A DNA stretch of 64,000 nt from Octopus vulgaris (GCA_951406725.2 OX597822.1:68324001-68388000), one strand, 5' to 3'. Shown: positions 36,676-50,601, counted from the stretch's first letter. Translations and numbers: made by a program. Notes: generated from the sequence alone by a model not told the origin.

Positions 36676-37280
36676 CGAGGAGGTACCCAAAAGGAACCGG
36701 AATTTTATAAAATTATTCTATTCTCTTAGTTTTACATGTTTACACTTTTTATCACCTTCAAAGTATTCTCCATTTGAAGCAATGCATCGCTCCGCCGTTT
36801 TTTTTTTTTTTTTTTTCTTCACCTCCAGGACATATTAGTCATATCAACAAGTTCGTCAATGTTCAGTGATGGTCCTCCAAGTTCAGTTCAGGAATTTTCA
36901 TGATGTTTTCATTCGTTCGAGAAGCCGACGGTCGCCCTGAACGAGGCTGGTCCTCAAACAACAAGTGACCATTCCTAAAGCGTGAAAACCGCTCGTAAAC
37001 TTGTGTGTTGTTTATGGCAGCGTCCTTGTAAGCTGTTTGAAGCATGACAACTGTTTCGGCCGCCGTTTTTCCCAGCAGAAAACAGAATTTCACGGAAGCA
37101 CGTTGTTCCTTCGTTTCAGCCATCGCAGAAATCGACGAACAAGACGAAGACGTACCACGTGAGAGTACGATTCCACTGGACAACGCCGATCAGCAGACTG
37201 ATGTCTGAGGGTCGCATCTAGCGGCGGAAGTCAGGTTATCCTACAGAGAATGTTTCCGCTTACTTTTCGGTCCCCCTTCA
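36676..37280 (-). mobile_element. Internally deleted mariner (Tc1/mariner) transposon
   Basis: Degenerate 27-bp TIRs (36676-36702, 37254-37280, 20/27 match). N-terminal HTH MAETKEQRASVKFCFLLGKTAAET...RFRNG..FEDQPRSGRP (ATG at 37123). C-terminal ERCIASNGEYFEGD at about 36751-36792. DDD core missing. Confidence 0.9.
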
Positions 37281-37334
37281 AATGGATGGATGGACGAACG
37301 TATGTATGTATTCATATATGTATGTATTACGTAT

Positions 37335-37527
37335 GTATGCTCACTTCTGTTTTTAAGTATTTAAGTATTTTTTTCCTCTGAGGAAGGAGTTGGTTTGTAA
37401 CAAAGAAACAAAACTCCATCGTTAGAACGTACAAAACGAAAAGAGTGTCACATTTTAAACTTCTTCTATAGCTTCAGGGTTATCCTTCCGACGGATTTCA
37501 TTATACAGTGTCTTTGCTACAACATCA
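37335..37527 (-). mobile_element. RLE-type (R4/Dong-like) LINE fragment in (ATGT)n
   Basis: Minus peptide HDVVAKTLYNEIRRKDNP (RHD.VA motif after the CCHC knuckle) joined to a 3' UTR motif shared with 37670, 60165 and 60525. Confidence 0.55.
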
Positions 37528-37644
37528 TGTATGTATGTATGTATGTATGTATGTATGTATGTATGTATGTATGTATGTATGTATGTATGTATGTATGCAT
37601 GTATGTATGTTATGTATGTATGTATGTATGTATCGTTCCCTTAT

Positions 37645-37865
37645 ATTTTCTATTATTTCTTCATGTAAGAAAGGAGCTGAATTTTAACAATGATACAAAG
37701 CGACATCATTGGAATGTAGATTAAAAAAACAAATTAACATTTTTCGCTTAGAAAAAGTCTTGCATATCTTTACTGTTCCACAAACGGATTTTATTCGTAA
37801 TGCGCGTGTTAGCTGGTTGCTCACTTTCTTCTGAAAAGCACAGCTTATTCAAATTGTCCCTTGTA
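37645..37865 (-). mobile_element. RLE-type LINE 3' end in (ATGT)n
   Basis: Minus peptide LRIKSVCGTVKICKTF matches [16 protein letters not shown] at 60780-60830. Confidence 0.6.
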
Positions 37866-38545
37866 TGTATGTATGTATGTATGCATGTACGTACGTATGT
37901 ATGTACGTATATATGTATGAATGTACGTATGTATGTACGTACGTATGTATGTATGTACGTACGTATGTATTTACGCATGTAAGTATGTACGTCCGGATGT
38001 ATGTTTGTATGTATGTATGCATCTGCGTACGTATGTATGTATATATGTATGTACGTACTTATGTATGTATGCGCGTACGTATGTATGTATTATGTACGTA
38101 TGTAATTTGTGTGTGTGTGTATGTGTGTGTGTGTGTGTGTGTGTATTCTTCGGTCTACACGATTCTCGGTGTCTACCGTTTCACTTTAGTTCGGTTTTTG
38201 TTTGGATATTGTTTTGGTTGTTTTCTTTTTGCCGTTTCCATTTCAGTTCCTCTCCCCCCACCCCATCACATTACTTTTATTTCACTTCTCCAACATTGAG
38301 GTAGATCACTCGATAAAGCCAACACTGAAATTAGAATTATTATCTTCTTTAATATTTTTCTGAAATTATTTTCGAGATTAAATAATAGAGTTTCAAGTGT
38401 CAAGAAAGTTGATTTTGCTTACAAAAAAAAAGATGGTGGGGGTAATAATTTATACATTAAATAAACTACAATATGGGGAAAATTCTAGAAACTACAAAAC
38501 AGTTTAATGGAAGCAAAGTAACTGTTAGAACAATCAAAACAACGT

Positions 38546-39156
38546 TTTCTTAATTGCCCCCACGGAGCCAAACATAGAGGGACGGTACAAATGAGGGAGG
38601 GGTCGATGGTGCTTATGGTTTTTACACAGAGGTGTAAAGTTAAAAATTTATATAATCGAATGATAAACAAATACACAGACAATGAAGTGGGGGTTGGTTT
38701 TGCTTCGTCCCCGCAAGCCCCGTGCCATCACAGTACCTTATAACCTTATGGGTATACTATATAGGCTCATTCAGCCGCATCAAACTCGCCACAGCCTTCC
38801 ATCTTTTTCCATATACATCAGGTGACAAGCATTTTCAATCCACCCTTATTTTCTTCTTAAGGTGGTAGATGAGGTAATGGACCAGTCCAAGGTTAGAGAT
38901 GAAGGTGCCTGTCAGGATTCCTTTCACGCGGGTCTTCTATGCCGTTTCTTTCGCTATAGCGACCACAGAGAGAAAACAAGCCTTGCTTTCTTTGTTAAAA
39001 GAGGCAGGAGGAACAATCTTTACAATCGACTCGGAAGACAGTTACTTGTACTCTTCCCAGCCGTGACAGCAGATGTTCAACGTAAACCCACATGTCAGAG
39101 GTTTTGGGGCCTTGCACAATTGCGTGCAGAACGGTTTCCCTGACCTGCTCGCAGAA
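38546..39156 (-). mobile_element. L1/Tx1-clade LINE 3' end (zinc knuckle, ORF2 C-terminus, 3' UTR)
   Basis: Manual translation: FCEQVRETVLHAIVQGP..DMWVYVEHLL, then LSSESIVKI...VVAIAKETA*KTR...YHLKKKIRVD*...YGKRWKAVA; stop near 38760. Confidence 0.75.
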
Positions 39157-39316
39157 CAATTAAAACAATGTAGAAAATATACCTACAGTTTGTTCAGTCG
39201 CTGAATCTATTGTAACTTTAAAAGACAAGTAATACAAAGGCAATAAGGATGTGGAAACAACGTAAAAAGCTGTATTATTTTGGATAGAAGATATAACCCA
39301 GTGTTACGACAGTACA

Positions 39317-39415
<99 letters not shown>

Positions 39416-39871
39416 CACACATACACATGCACTCTGACATAGTACATGCACGTGCACACACATATATATATATATATACATACATGCACGCAAGCACACG
39501 ATCTCGCAAAATAATCGTTTTTATTACCCCCATTTCAATTAATAAATTTAGCATTTTGTTTGGGTTACCTGCAATTAAGCAGCAACTACAAGGACATGAA
39601 AGAGCAGGAAGCTATCATTAAGAGTTCAAAGATCTCAACAGATGAGAGATGATGCTATGTGACAACGCTTTCTTTGTTTTTCTTCAGAAGTTGCCCACTC
39701 GTTTTTATTTTTTTTATTCTGTTTTTTTTAATTTTTTTTATTTTTCATTATTTAAAGAAACAAGAAAATTAACGATATTTACTATTCAAGACTCTTAAGC
39801 AATGCTTGGACAAATTTCTGCCCAACATCAGAAACAGGCTATATTTTCAGTTATCATGTAATCAAATTCGA

Positions 39872-40457
39872 AGGCAACGAGCTGGCAGAAACGTTAGCAC
39901 GCCGAGCGAAATGCTTAGCGGTATTTCGTCTGCGTTACGTTGTGAGTTCAAATTCCGCCGAGGTCGACTTTGCCTTTCATCCTTTCGGGGTCGCTAAATT
40001 AAGTACTAGTTACGCACTGGGATCGATGTAATCGACTTAATCCGTCTGTCTGTCCTTGTTTTTCTCCTCTGTGTTTAGCCCCTTGTGGGTAGTAAAGAAA
40101 TAAGTATTTCGTCTGCCGTTACGTTCTGAGTTCAAATTCCGCCGAGGTCGACTTTACCTTTCATCTTTTCGGGGTCGCTAAATTGGGTACCAGTTACGCA
40201 CTAGGATCGATATAATCGACTTAATCCGTCTGTCTGTCCTTGTTTTTCTACTCTGTGTTTAGCCCCTTGTGGGTAGTAAAGAAATAGGTATTTCGTCTGC
40301 CGTTACATTCTGCGTTCAAATTCCGCCGAGGTCGACTTTGCCTTTCATCCTTTCGGGGTCGATTAATTAAGTACCAGTTGCGTACTGAGGTCAATCTAAT
40401 CGACTGCCCCCCACTTCCCCAAAAAATTTCAGGCATTGTGCCTATAGTAGAAAGGAT
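39872..40457 (+). mobile_element. SINE family B trimer: head, tail-1 unit, tail-1 unit, tail-2 unit
   Basis: Junctions aagaaata|agtatttcgtc (about 40102) and aagaaata|ggtatttcgtc (about 40286). Confidence 0.9.
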
Positions 40458-40954
40458 CATATGATCAATATGGAACAATTGACTGAAACTTCTACTACAA
40501 CATACCGACACTGAAGGGTCATCCACTGTGTCTCTGTGATCGTTCAACCAGATAAAAACAGCAATAGTATGTGTGTGTATCTCGGTGTATGTGTATGTGA
40601 GCGGGTTCACACCTCCCATCATCATTTCCGTTTTTATCGGAAATGATTGTGGCAATCTCCTGTTCCTAGATTGCAAAAGCATAGCCTTCAAAGTGTGTTG
40701 TAATAGAGTGGTCTTGTGTCCAAGAGAAGTTGCGATTCGCGTCAATTCTACTGTATTTTTCAAGATTCCGGGCAACATACCCATGCATAGTCTTGTTTTG
40801 TTTTGTTTTTTTTTGTTTCTTTGTTTTTGTTTTGTTTTTTGTATGCTGAGTGCTTTCCATCCAAGTCTTCTCTGAGGTAAGAGAGCCCAGCTGTTTGGGG
40901 ACCAATTAGGAGATCATCAGGAAGAGTCCTTCTTGAGTAGCTCACTGCATACAT

Positions 40955-42001
40955 ATGTATGTATGTATGCATGTATGTATGTATGTATGTATGTATGCAT
41001 GTATGCATGCATGTATGTATGTGTGTATGTATGCATGCATGTATGTATGTATGCATGCATGTATGTATGTATGTATGTATGTATGTATGTGTGTATGCAT
41101 GCATGCATGTATGTATGTATGTATGCATGCATGTATGTATGTATGCATGCATGTATGTATGTATGTATGTATGCATGTATGTATGTATGTATGCATGTAT
41201 GCATGTATGTATTCATGTATGTATGTATGCATGCATGTATGTATGCATGCATGTATGTATGTATGTATGTATGTATGTATGCATGTATGTATGTATGCAT
41301 GTATGTATGTATGTATTCATGTAAGTATGTATGTATGTATGCATGCATGTATGTATGTATGTATGTATTCATGCATGCATGTATGTATGTATGTATGTAT
41401 GTATATATGCATGCATGCATGTATGTATTTATGTATGCATATATGTATACATGCATGTATGTATGTATGTATGCATGCATGTATGTATGTATGCATGCAT
41501 GTATGTATGCATGCATGTATGTATGTATGTATGCATGCATGCATGCATGTATGTATGTATGTATGTATTCATGTATGTATGTATGCATGCATGTATGTAT
41601 GTATTTATGTATGTATGTATGTATGTATGCATGCATGCATGTATGTATGCATGCATGTATGTATGTATGCATGTATGTATGTATGTATGTTATGTATGTA
41701 TGTATGTATGCATGCATGTATGTATGTATGTATGCATGTATGTATGTATGTATTCATGTATGTATGTATGCATGTATGTATGTATGTATGCATGCATGCA
41801 TGTATGTATGTATGTATGTATGTATGTATGTATGCATGCATGTATGTATGTATGTATGTATGTATGTATGTATGCATGAATGTATGTATGTATGTATGTA
41901 TGTATGTATGTATGTATGCATGCATGCATGTATGTATGTATGCATGCATGAATGTATGTATGTATGTATGTATGTATGTATGTATGTATGTATTTATGTA
42001 T
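40955..42001. repeat. About 1-kb (ATGT)n tract interspersed with ATGC units
   Basis: Direct reading. Confidence 0.95.
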
Positions 42002-42069
42002 GAAGTAAGTAAGCTTATGGATTTTAAGCCTTTCACTATAGAACTTTAAATAGTAATGAGTACCTCTTT

Positions 42070-42253
42070 ACACACGCATGCACATACACACACATAAAAG
42101 CTAGCACGCACTCATACACACATGCACGCACCCTCTAATTCATACATCCGTGTGTACATCCACATGAGCATGTACAAACATAACTTTTGCGTGTGTGTGC
42201 ATATGTGAGTGTGTGTATAAGTATGTATGAATGTATGCATACGTTTATTGTTT

Positions 42254-42293
<40 letters not shown>

Positions 42294-42339
42294 ATGTGTA
42301 TTACATAAACACCACCTTCTTTACATGTGTGAGTGCACG

Positions 42340-42390
<51 letters not shown>

Positions 42391-43314
42391 ATGCGTGTGT
42401 GTGTGTATATGTATAGAAATGTATACATATATCTATATACATATATACATCTATACATAAATATATATATGTATGTATATGTATATATATACACACATAC
42501 GCACACATACATAAAATATATACACACATACACAGATTTATACATGTGCGTATCTATTATAGATACGCATCCACACGGGATAAACACGCGTGCAGTGCGC
42601 GAATGTACGCGTGCATGCGCATGCGTCTTTGAAACGCGCATGTGTACGTGTACATAGGCGTACGTATACATATATTTGTATATGCACATATATATTTGCG
42701 AATACGCGAATGCGTATGAAGGTGCGTGCATGTGAATAAGCGTACTTCTGTTGGCTTGGCAACCGAATTTCTAAGGTTGTTGCTTTTCTGTGAGGTTTTC
42801 TGAAGGAAAAATTTCAAATTCTATTTTGGCACTATTTTTACCATCCAATCGCAACCATATCGATTCCCACACCACTTCCTCTTTCACAGGCCACCTGAAG
42901 CAGCTAATCTTCATATTGATTATTTAAATAACGCACGCGGAACATGCATACACACATTTATATATATATACATGTTCCCACATTAACTCGCGCTTGTATT
43001 CCGACCGACATTCATGTATACACCTATGCAGGTACCTGTGGCCTCACAAATACACACTCACACACACACGCACACACACACACACACACATACACGCTCA
43101 TACACATACGCACATATACACATGGAGATGCATATACATGCATACACACTCATACACACACAATGCACACACACACATACACACACAAACTTTATCATAC
43201 ACCACACATTTCATGCATAAACACACATACACGCTCATACACAAACGCAGATATACGCATACACGCGTACACACACGCATACGCACATACATGCATATGA
43301 ATGCAAACACACAC

Positions 43315-43362
<48 letters not shown>

Positions 43363-43501
43363 ACTTGTAGTACACGCGCAACATATGAACACGCATATAG
43401 AGTAATATCCACACGCTACACAGAAATATACTCACACAAACATTTTAAAACACACTTGTACTTATACACACACACACATACATACACACACACACATACA
43501 T

Positions 43502-43578
<77 letters not shown>

Positions 43579-44108
43579 TGTATGTATGTATGTATGTATG
43601 TATGTATGTATGTATGTATGAATGCATGTATATATATATATATATGTGTGTTTGGATGTATGCATATATATATATATGTATATTTAGGTATATATGTGTG
43701 TATATATATATGTGTGTATATACGAATGCACACGGTGCTTCAAATAGAAACACACATATATAAGTACACATGATTGGGTAGTGTAAACACACACACATTC
43801 ATGTACATATACAGGCATACATACTGATGTGTGTGTGTGTGTGTGTGTGCGTGTGTATGCATAACTCTTCAATACATTCAAAAGTAACACTGGCACGCAT
43901 TGACACGCACACAATGATACACACACACACACACACAAACACACACTGACACTGATGCATATACATTCACAAACACACACACGCACACGCACACAGGCAC
44001 AGACACATGCATAAACATACAAGCATTCACACCATTACTTACATATATATATATATACACATGCAAGTCTATGTATGCACAGATGTATCTGCACACATTT
44101 CGAAAACT

Positions 44109-44154
<46 letters not shown>

Positions 44155-44167
44155 GTATGTGTGTGTG

Positions 44168-44225
<58 letters not shown>

Positions 44226-44341
44226 GATTTTGGATTTGGTTTGCAAGATTCTTTATGTGAGTTCGTGTGTTGAAGCATATACCGTTGTGTCTGAGGAGAG
44301 TCATTTTCTTCTCGTGCCTTATAATTTAACACACTCACCGG

Positions 44342-44383
<42 letters not shown>

Positions 44384-44865
44384 GTATATACATACATACA
44401 TACATACATATATACATACATACATACATACATACATACATACATACATACATACATACATACATACATACATACATGCATACATATATAAATACATACA
44501 TACACACACAAACACAAATACATATCAACACATACATAAGCATAAACTTGGAAATCACACACAGGCGCATAGACATCAAGAACACACGCATGCAGACACA
44601 CACAAACACACGAACACACAAACACTCACACAGAGTAAGAACACATATCGCACGTCTTTTACACATACATTCATATGCATAGACGTAGGAGTGGCTGTGT
44701 GGTAAGTAGCTTGCTTACGAACCACATGGTTTCGGGTTCAGTCCCACTGCGTGGCACCTTGGGCAAGTGTCTTCTGCTATAGCCTCGGGCCGACCAAAGC
44801 CTTGTGAGTGGATTTGGTAGATGGAAACTGAAAGAAGCCCGTCGTATATATGTATATGTGTGTGT

Positions 44866-44907
<42 letters not shown>

Positions 44908-45945
44908 TTGTGTGTCTGTGTTTACGTCCCCATAACTTAGCGGTTCGACAAAAGAGGCCAATAGAATAAGTAGTAGGCTTACAAAGAATATGTCCTGGGA
45001 TCGATTTGCTCGACTAAAGGCGGTGCTCCAGCATGGCCACAGTCAAATGATTGAAACAAGTAAAAGACTAAAAAGAGTTAAGAATATACACATATACATA
45101 CGCCCACATATATACACACATCTACAAGAACACACATACTACAAGAGCATACATGTCACACACACACAGATATACACGCATGTATACACATATACACAGA
45201 CATACACACACACATGCATCTCACACACATATACATATATACATTTATAATATACACACACATGCACACAAACCATAAGAACATATACCGCACATCCATA
45301 TGCATATACACACACACAAATATACACTACAAGAAAACGTCACACACATGCAGGAATACACATACACTTACACACACATGTACACACATCCTGCATATAC
45401 ATATAAATATACATATATATATACACAAACGTACACCACAATAAGACGTCACACACATGCAGGCAAATACATACACATACACACACATACACACATGCAC
45501 ACTTACACGCACGCACGCACGCTTACACGCACACAAACACACACACACAAACACCCAAGTACACAGATCAGCATATATACACATATAAATATATATACAT
45601 GTATACACAACCACACACCATAAGAAAGCGTCAGACACACTCATGAAGGCAAATACATACACTTACACACGCATATGCACACTTATACACATGTATATAT
45701 ACACTCACACATGTACACACATCATGCGTCTCAAGCATATATACGCATAGGCAAATAAATATACATATATATATACACAACCATGTACCACAAGAAAATA
45801 TCACACACACATACACACATATAATATACGTAGACACACAAAATATACGTATACTTAGACATACCGACACACAGAACACAGCTCGTACGTCTCATCACAC
45901 ACACACACACACACGCACACATACATGCATTTGTATACATGCACA
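42070..45945. repeat. Long degenerate alternating purine-pyrimidine (AC/AT/GT) field
   Basis: Direct reading; interrupted by short unique islands and one SINE A. Confidence 0.85.
44680..45078 (+). mobile_element. SINE family A
   Basis: Matches the family A copies. Confidence 0.9.
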
Positions 45946-46936
45946 AGGCACCGCCATATTTCTTGGCAACAAATTACGAAAGCAAACACCGTGTTGCAAT
46001 GAAAATCACTTCAGCCATTTTGGAGAACACCAGCTTCTACGCTTTCATTTTGGATCTATAATGAGTCGTAAAGTACTCCATGGACGTTGAGACCCACCAC
46101 CACCGCCGCCGCCACCTCCACCACCACCACCGGCACCACCGCTGCAGCCGTCACCGCCTCCACTGTTTCAGTGACATCCTCTACTTCTACTCTCACCAAC
46201 ATCAACACCACCACCACCAGCCAATACCTTTACAACCTTGCAATCTGTTGGATTGCTTGTGTTGAAGGCGGTTAGTTGAATAGAGATCACGAGTTTGCAA
46301 AGCCCAAGACACATCTAATCTATATACATCGTAGATGGCGTATTTGCATATATGCATATATGCATACACACACACACACATATACACATGTATACATACA
46401 CACATATATATATACACATATACATGTATACATATATACATATGTACATATACACACATATATACATAAATAACTGTATATATACATATACACATGTATA
46501 CATATACACATATATGCATATATACATATATATACATATATATACATTTATGCATATATATATACATAGATACATACACGCATAAATATACACTTATATA
46601 CATATGTGTATATGTGCATATATGCATTCGTACATATATGCATAAATGTATATACGCATACATGCATATATTGATATATGCACATATATATACATATATA
46701 TAGGTATATATATATATACATATATACATGTATACATACATACATACATATATGCATATATATACATCGATACATATACACATAGATACGTAGACACTTA
46801 TATGCATATGTACATATATACACATATGTATATGTGCATATATGCATATATACATATATATACATAAATGTATATACGCATATATGCATATATTGACATA
46901 TGCATATATACATATTATGCCTATATACATAGGCAC

Positions 46937-46967
<31 letters not shown>

Positions 46968-47261
46968 CATATATGTATTTATTCTGTTCCTAGGGTTGAA
47001 GGGTCAGAGCGGATGAATGGCTGGCTGGCTTATGGCGTGTTTTCAACAAAAATGGTGGTAGAACAGCTAATTTTGTATTCAAAATGCTTGTTGGGGACCA
47101 GCAAAATGGCGGATGTGAGATGTGCCCGTGAACTCTGTATTCTGTACTGCGTTGTATTTTAATGTACTGCGATGTTGTAGCAGTTAGTAGCAGTGGTGGT
47201 GTTGGTGTTGGTGGTGGTGGTGGTGGTGGTTGTTGTGGTGGTTGTGGTGGTGGTGGTGGTG

Positions 47262-47310
<49 letters not shown>

Positions 47311-47699
47311 AAGAAGAAGAAGAAGAAGAAGTAGTAAAGTGGTGGGAGGGTTTCCGTCGCCGTGGTTGTGATCGTATTCATGGTAGTAGTGGTAGTGGTA
47401 CTACTAGTAATATTAGTTGTAATAATAGTAGAAGTAGTAGTAGTGGTCGTTGTTTTAATGCTGGTGGAGCTGGGGATAGTATTAGTTGAGGTGGTGATGG
47501 TGGTGGTGGTGGTAGGTTGAGGTAGTAGTACTGGGGGATGGAGCTAGTAGTGGTGGTGGTGGTGGTGGTAGTGGTGGTGGTGGTGGTAGTAGTAGTAGTA
47601 GGAGGAGGAGGAGGAGGAGGAAGAGGAGGAATAATAGTCGTAATGGTGGTGGAGCTGGGGATAGTATTAGTAGAGGTGGTGGTGTTTGTAGTAGTAGTG

Positions 47700-47767
<68 letters not shown>

Positions 47768-48288
47768 GGTGGTGGTGGTTTGCGATCATGCATTGTGTTG
47801 CGTCGTGCTGGTTGACGGCCAGATTTTAGGCCGCCAGGTTGTATGACTGAATAAACAGTTGTGCCTCGTGGAATCAAATTAGCCGGGCTTTCTTCGGTTA
47901 TTAAATTGTATCTTAATGATACAGCTCCTGCGATTCGTCACCGCCATTTGCTATAACAAAGCCAACAGGTTTAGATCTATCACCACTCGGGATTTTGATC
48001 ATAGATTATGGAACTTAAAGGGGAATAGAGTTAGATGGTAGTGTATCGGGGGTCAGGGATTGTTTGTGATTGATGTTGCTGTTGGCAGTGAAGGAGCGCC
48101 ATTTTGGGTTGTTGTTGTTGTTGTTGTTGTTGTTGGTAGTGGTGGTGGTGGTGGTGGTGGTGGTGGTGGTGTTGGTGGTGGTGGTGGTGGTGATAGGGGT
48201 TTGTTTTCTTTTTTTATTACTATTCTGGTGTTATATAGCAATGTAGATTAGTAACTAAATTTTAAGGTAGACAGACAGACAGACAGAC

Positions 48289-48419
<131 letters not shown>

Positions 48420-48428
48420 GGCAGGCAA

Positions 48429-48489
<61 letters not shown>

Positions 48490-48725
48490 TAGATTTTTAG
48501 ATAGAGAGAGAGAGAGAGAGAGAGCAGACAGGTAGGCAGGCAAATAGATAGATAGATAGATAGATAGATAGACAGACAGACAAACAGTCAGACAGACAAC
48601 AGTCAGTCAGACAGACGGACAGATAGATAGATACATACATGCATATATACATATATAGGCAGATAGATGCATACACATGTACGTGCATAGTGAGAGAATA
48701 AACGTAGTAGTAGTAGTAGTAGTAA

Positions 48726-48795
<70 letters not shown>

Positions 48796-49349
48796 TGTTG
48801 TTGTTGTTGTTGTGGTGGTGGTGGTGGTGGTGGTGGTGGTGGTGAGGCAAAGATGAATAGAACGGAAATAAATAGATAAATAAATAAATAACTGGACCGA
48901 CACTGACCAATCACAAAATGACGTTGACCTCAGCGTGTGAAATGTATTGGCTGGAGTTTAAAAGACATAGAAATAAGCAAAAATAACCGAAATGGCAATT
49001 TTGAAAAATTTGGACATTGCTGAGGGAAGTGCACGAGCAAAGAGAATATATTAGAAAGGAAAGAAGGGACGAAAGGAAGGGAGAAAAAGAAGACGGGAAG
49101 GTAAATAGGGAGGGAGGGATGGAGAGAGGGAGGGAGAGAGAGAGAGGGAGAGAGGGAGGGAGGGAGGGAGAGAGGGAGGGAGGGAGGGAGGTAGAGCCTA
49201 CAAACAGGAGGTTGCAGAGCGTATTACTTAGCCGCAAATGCACACACACACACATACACACACACACGCACACACACGCACACGCACACACACGTACATA
49301 CATACATACATACATACATACATACATACATACATACATACATAACGGG

Positions 49350-49846
49350 TAAAAACATCCTTCGGCCACGACACTGACCATGGGATTGCACCTAGAAAGT
49401 TACTCTCCGAGGCACAAGTCTGGGCAAGATTGTTTATGGAAGACCAACAATCGCCCATGTATACCAGCTACCCCTCTCCACACCATTATATATATACATA
49501 GGGTAAAGGGTAAAGACCCTTTTCGGTCATGAATGACAATGGGATTGCACTTCGAAAGTTCCCTTCCGAGGCACAAGTCTGGGCAAGATTGTTTATGAAA
49601 GACCAGCAGCAACCCATGCATACCAACCTCCCTTCTCCACGCCTCCCAATGTTATCTAAAGGAACGGCAAAGGTCGATATGGCTTGGGCACCAGTGACAT
49701 TGCACCTTATTTCTACAATTGAGTGAACTGGAGCAATGTGAAATAAAGTGTCTTGCTCAACAGCACAACGTACAGCCCAGTCCAGGAATTAAGCTCACTA
49801 CCTCATGATTGTAAGCCCGATGCTCTAACTACGGAGCCGTGCGCCT
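49350..49846 (-). mobile_element. SINE family C (49511-49846) plus an extra 3' fragment (49350-49484)
   Basis: Reverse complement of 63703-64000; tgggattgcac...ccgaggcacaagtctgggcaag present twice. Confidence 0.85.
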
Positions 49847-50147
49847 AAAACCAAATAATTATTTTGTTTGACAAACTGCAAAAAAAAAAGAAAGAAAATA
49901 TTTTTGATGATGTACCAGTTTCCGTGTTCTTTATAATTGTTTTGAAGTCTACACTCTTGATAATTTTCATAATCCAGTGAAAGGAACATGGAGTTACCCA
50001 TGAAGAATTGCAGCGAGATTGCTAATACTTTGAGATCATTGACGCTTATTCCTACTTGATGCGGTTAGCCGTAAGCTGGAACATACTTGAGACCTACTAT
50101 GGTATACGCCAGGATGATTTTATCCTTATGCACTCACGCTATATATT

Positions 50148-50543
50148 CTTTTCTACTATAGGCACAAGGCCCGAAATTTTGGGGGAGGGGCCAGTCGATT
50201 AGGTCGACCCAGTACGTAACTGGTACTTAATTTATCAACCCCGAAAGAATGAAAGGCAAAGTTGACCTCGGCGGAATTTGAACTCAGAACGTAGCGGCAG
50301 ACGAAATACCTATTTCTTTACTACCTACAAGGGGCTAAACACAGAAGAGACAAACAAGGACAGACAAACGGATAAAGTTGATTGCATCGACCCCAGTGCG
50401 TAACTGGTACTTAATTTATCGACTCCGAAAGGATGAAAGACAAAGTCGACCTCGGCGGAGTTTGAACTCAGAACGTAACGGCAGACGAAATACGGCTACG
50501 CATTTCGCCCGGCGTGCTAACGTTTCTGCCAGCTCACCGCCTT
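50148..50543 (-). mobile_element. SINE family B dimer (tail-1 unit then tail-2 unit)
   Basis: Junction gacgaaatacc|tatttcttt at about 50310. Confidence 0.9.
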
Positions 50544-50601
50544 ACAAAAATTATATATTCTATGAACTTCTTTCTTTTAACACCTCAAATATAAGCTCTC
50601 T

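Noticed and set aside
40460-40950. Unique-looking segment with 79-178 aa ORFs
   Set aside because: No recognisable motif or splice structure, and the ORFs run into SINE or microsatellite sequence; left unassigned.
40917-42049. Long ORFs of 266-364 aa (MYVC and HTYI repeats)
   Set aside because: Translations of (ATGT)n; no coding complexity. The same applies to the YI, CV, HT and poly-amino-acid ORFs throughout the track.
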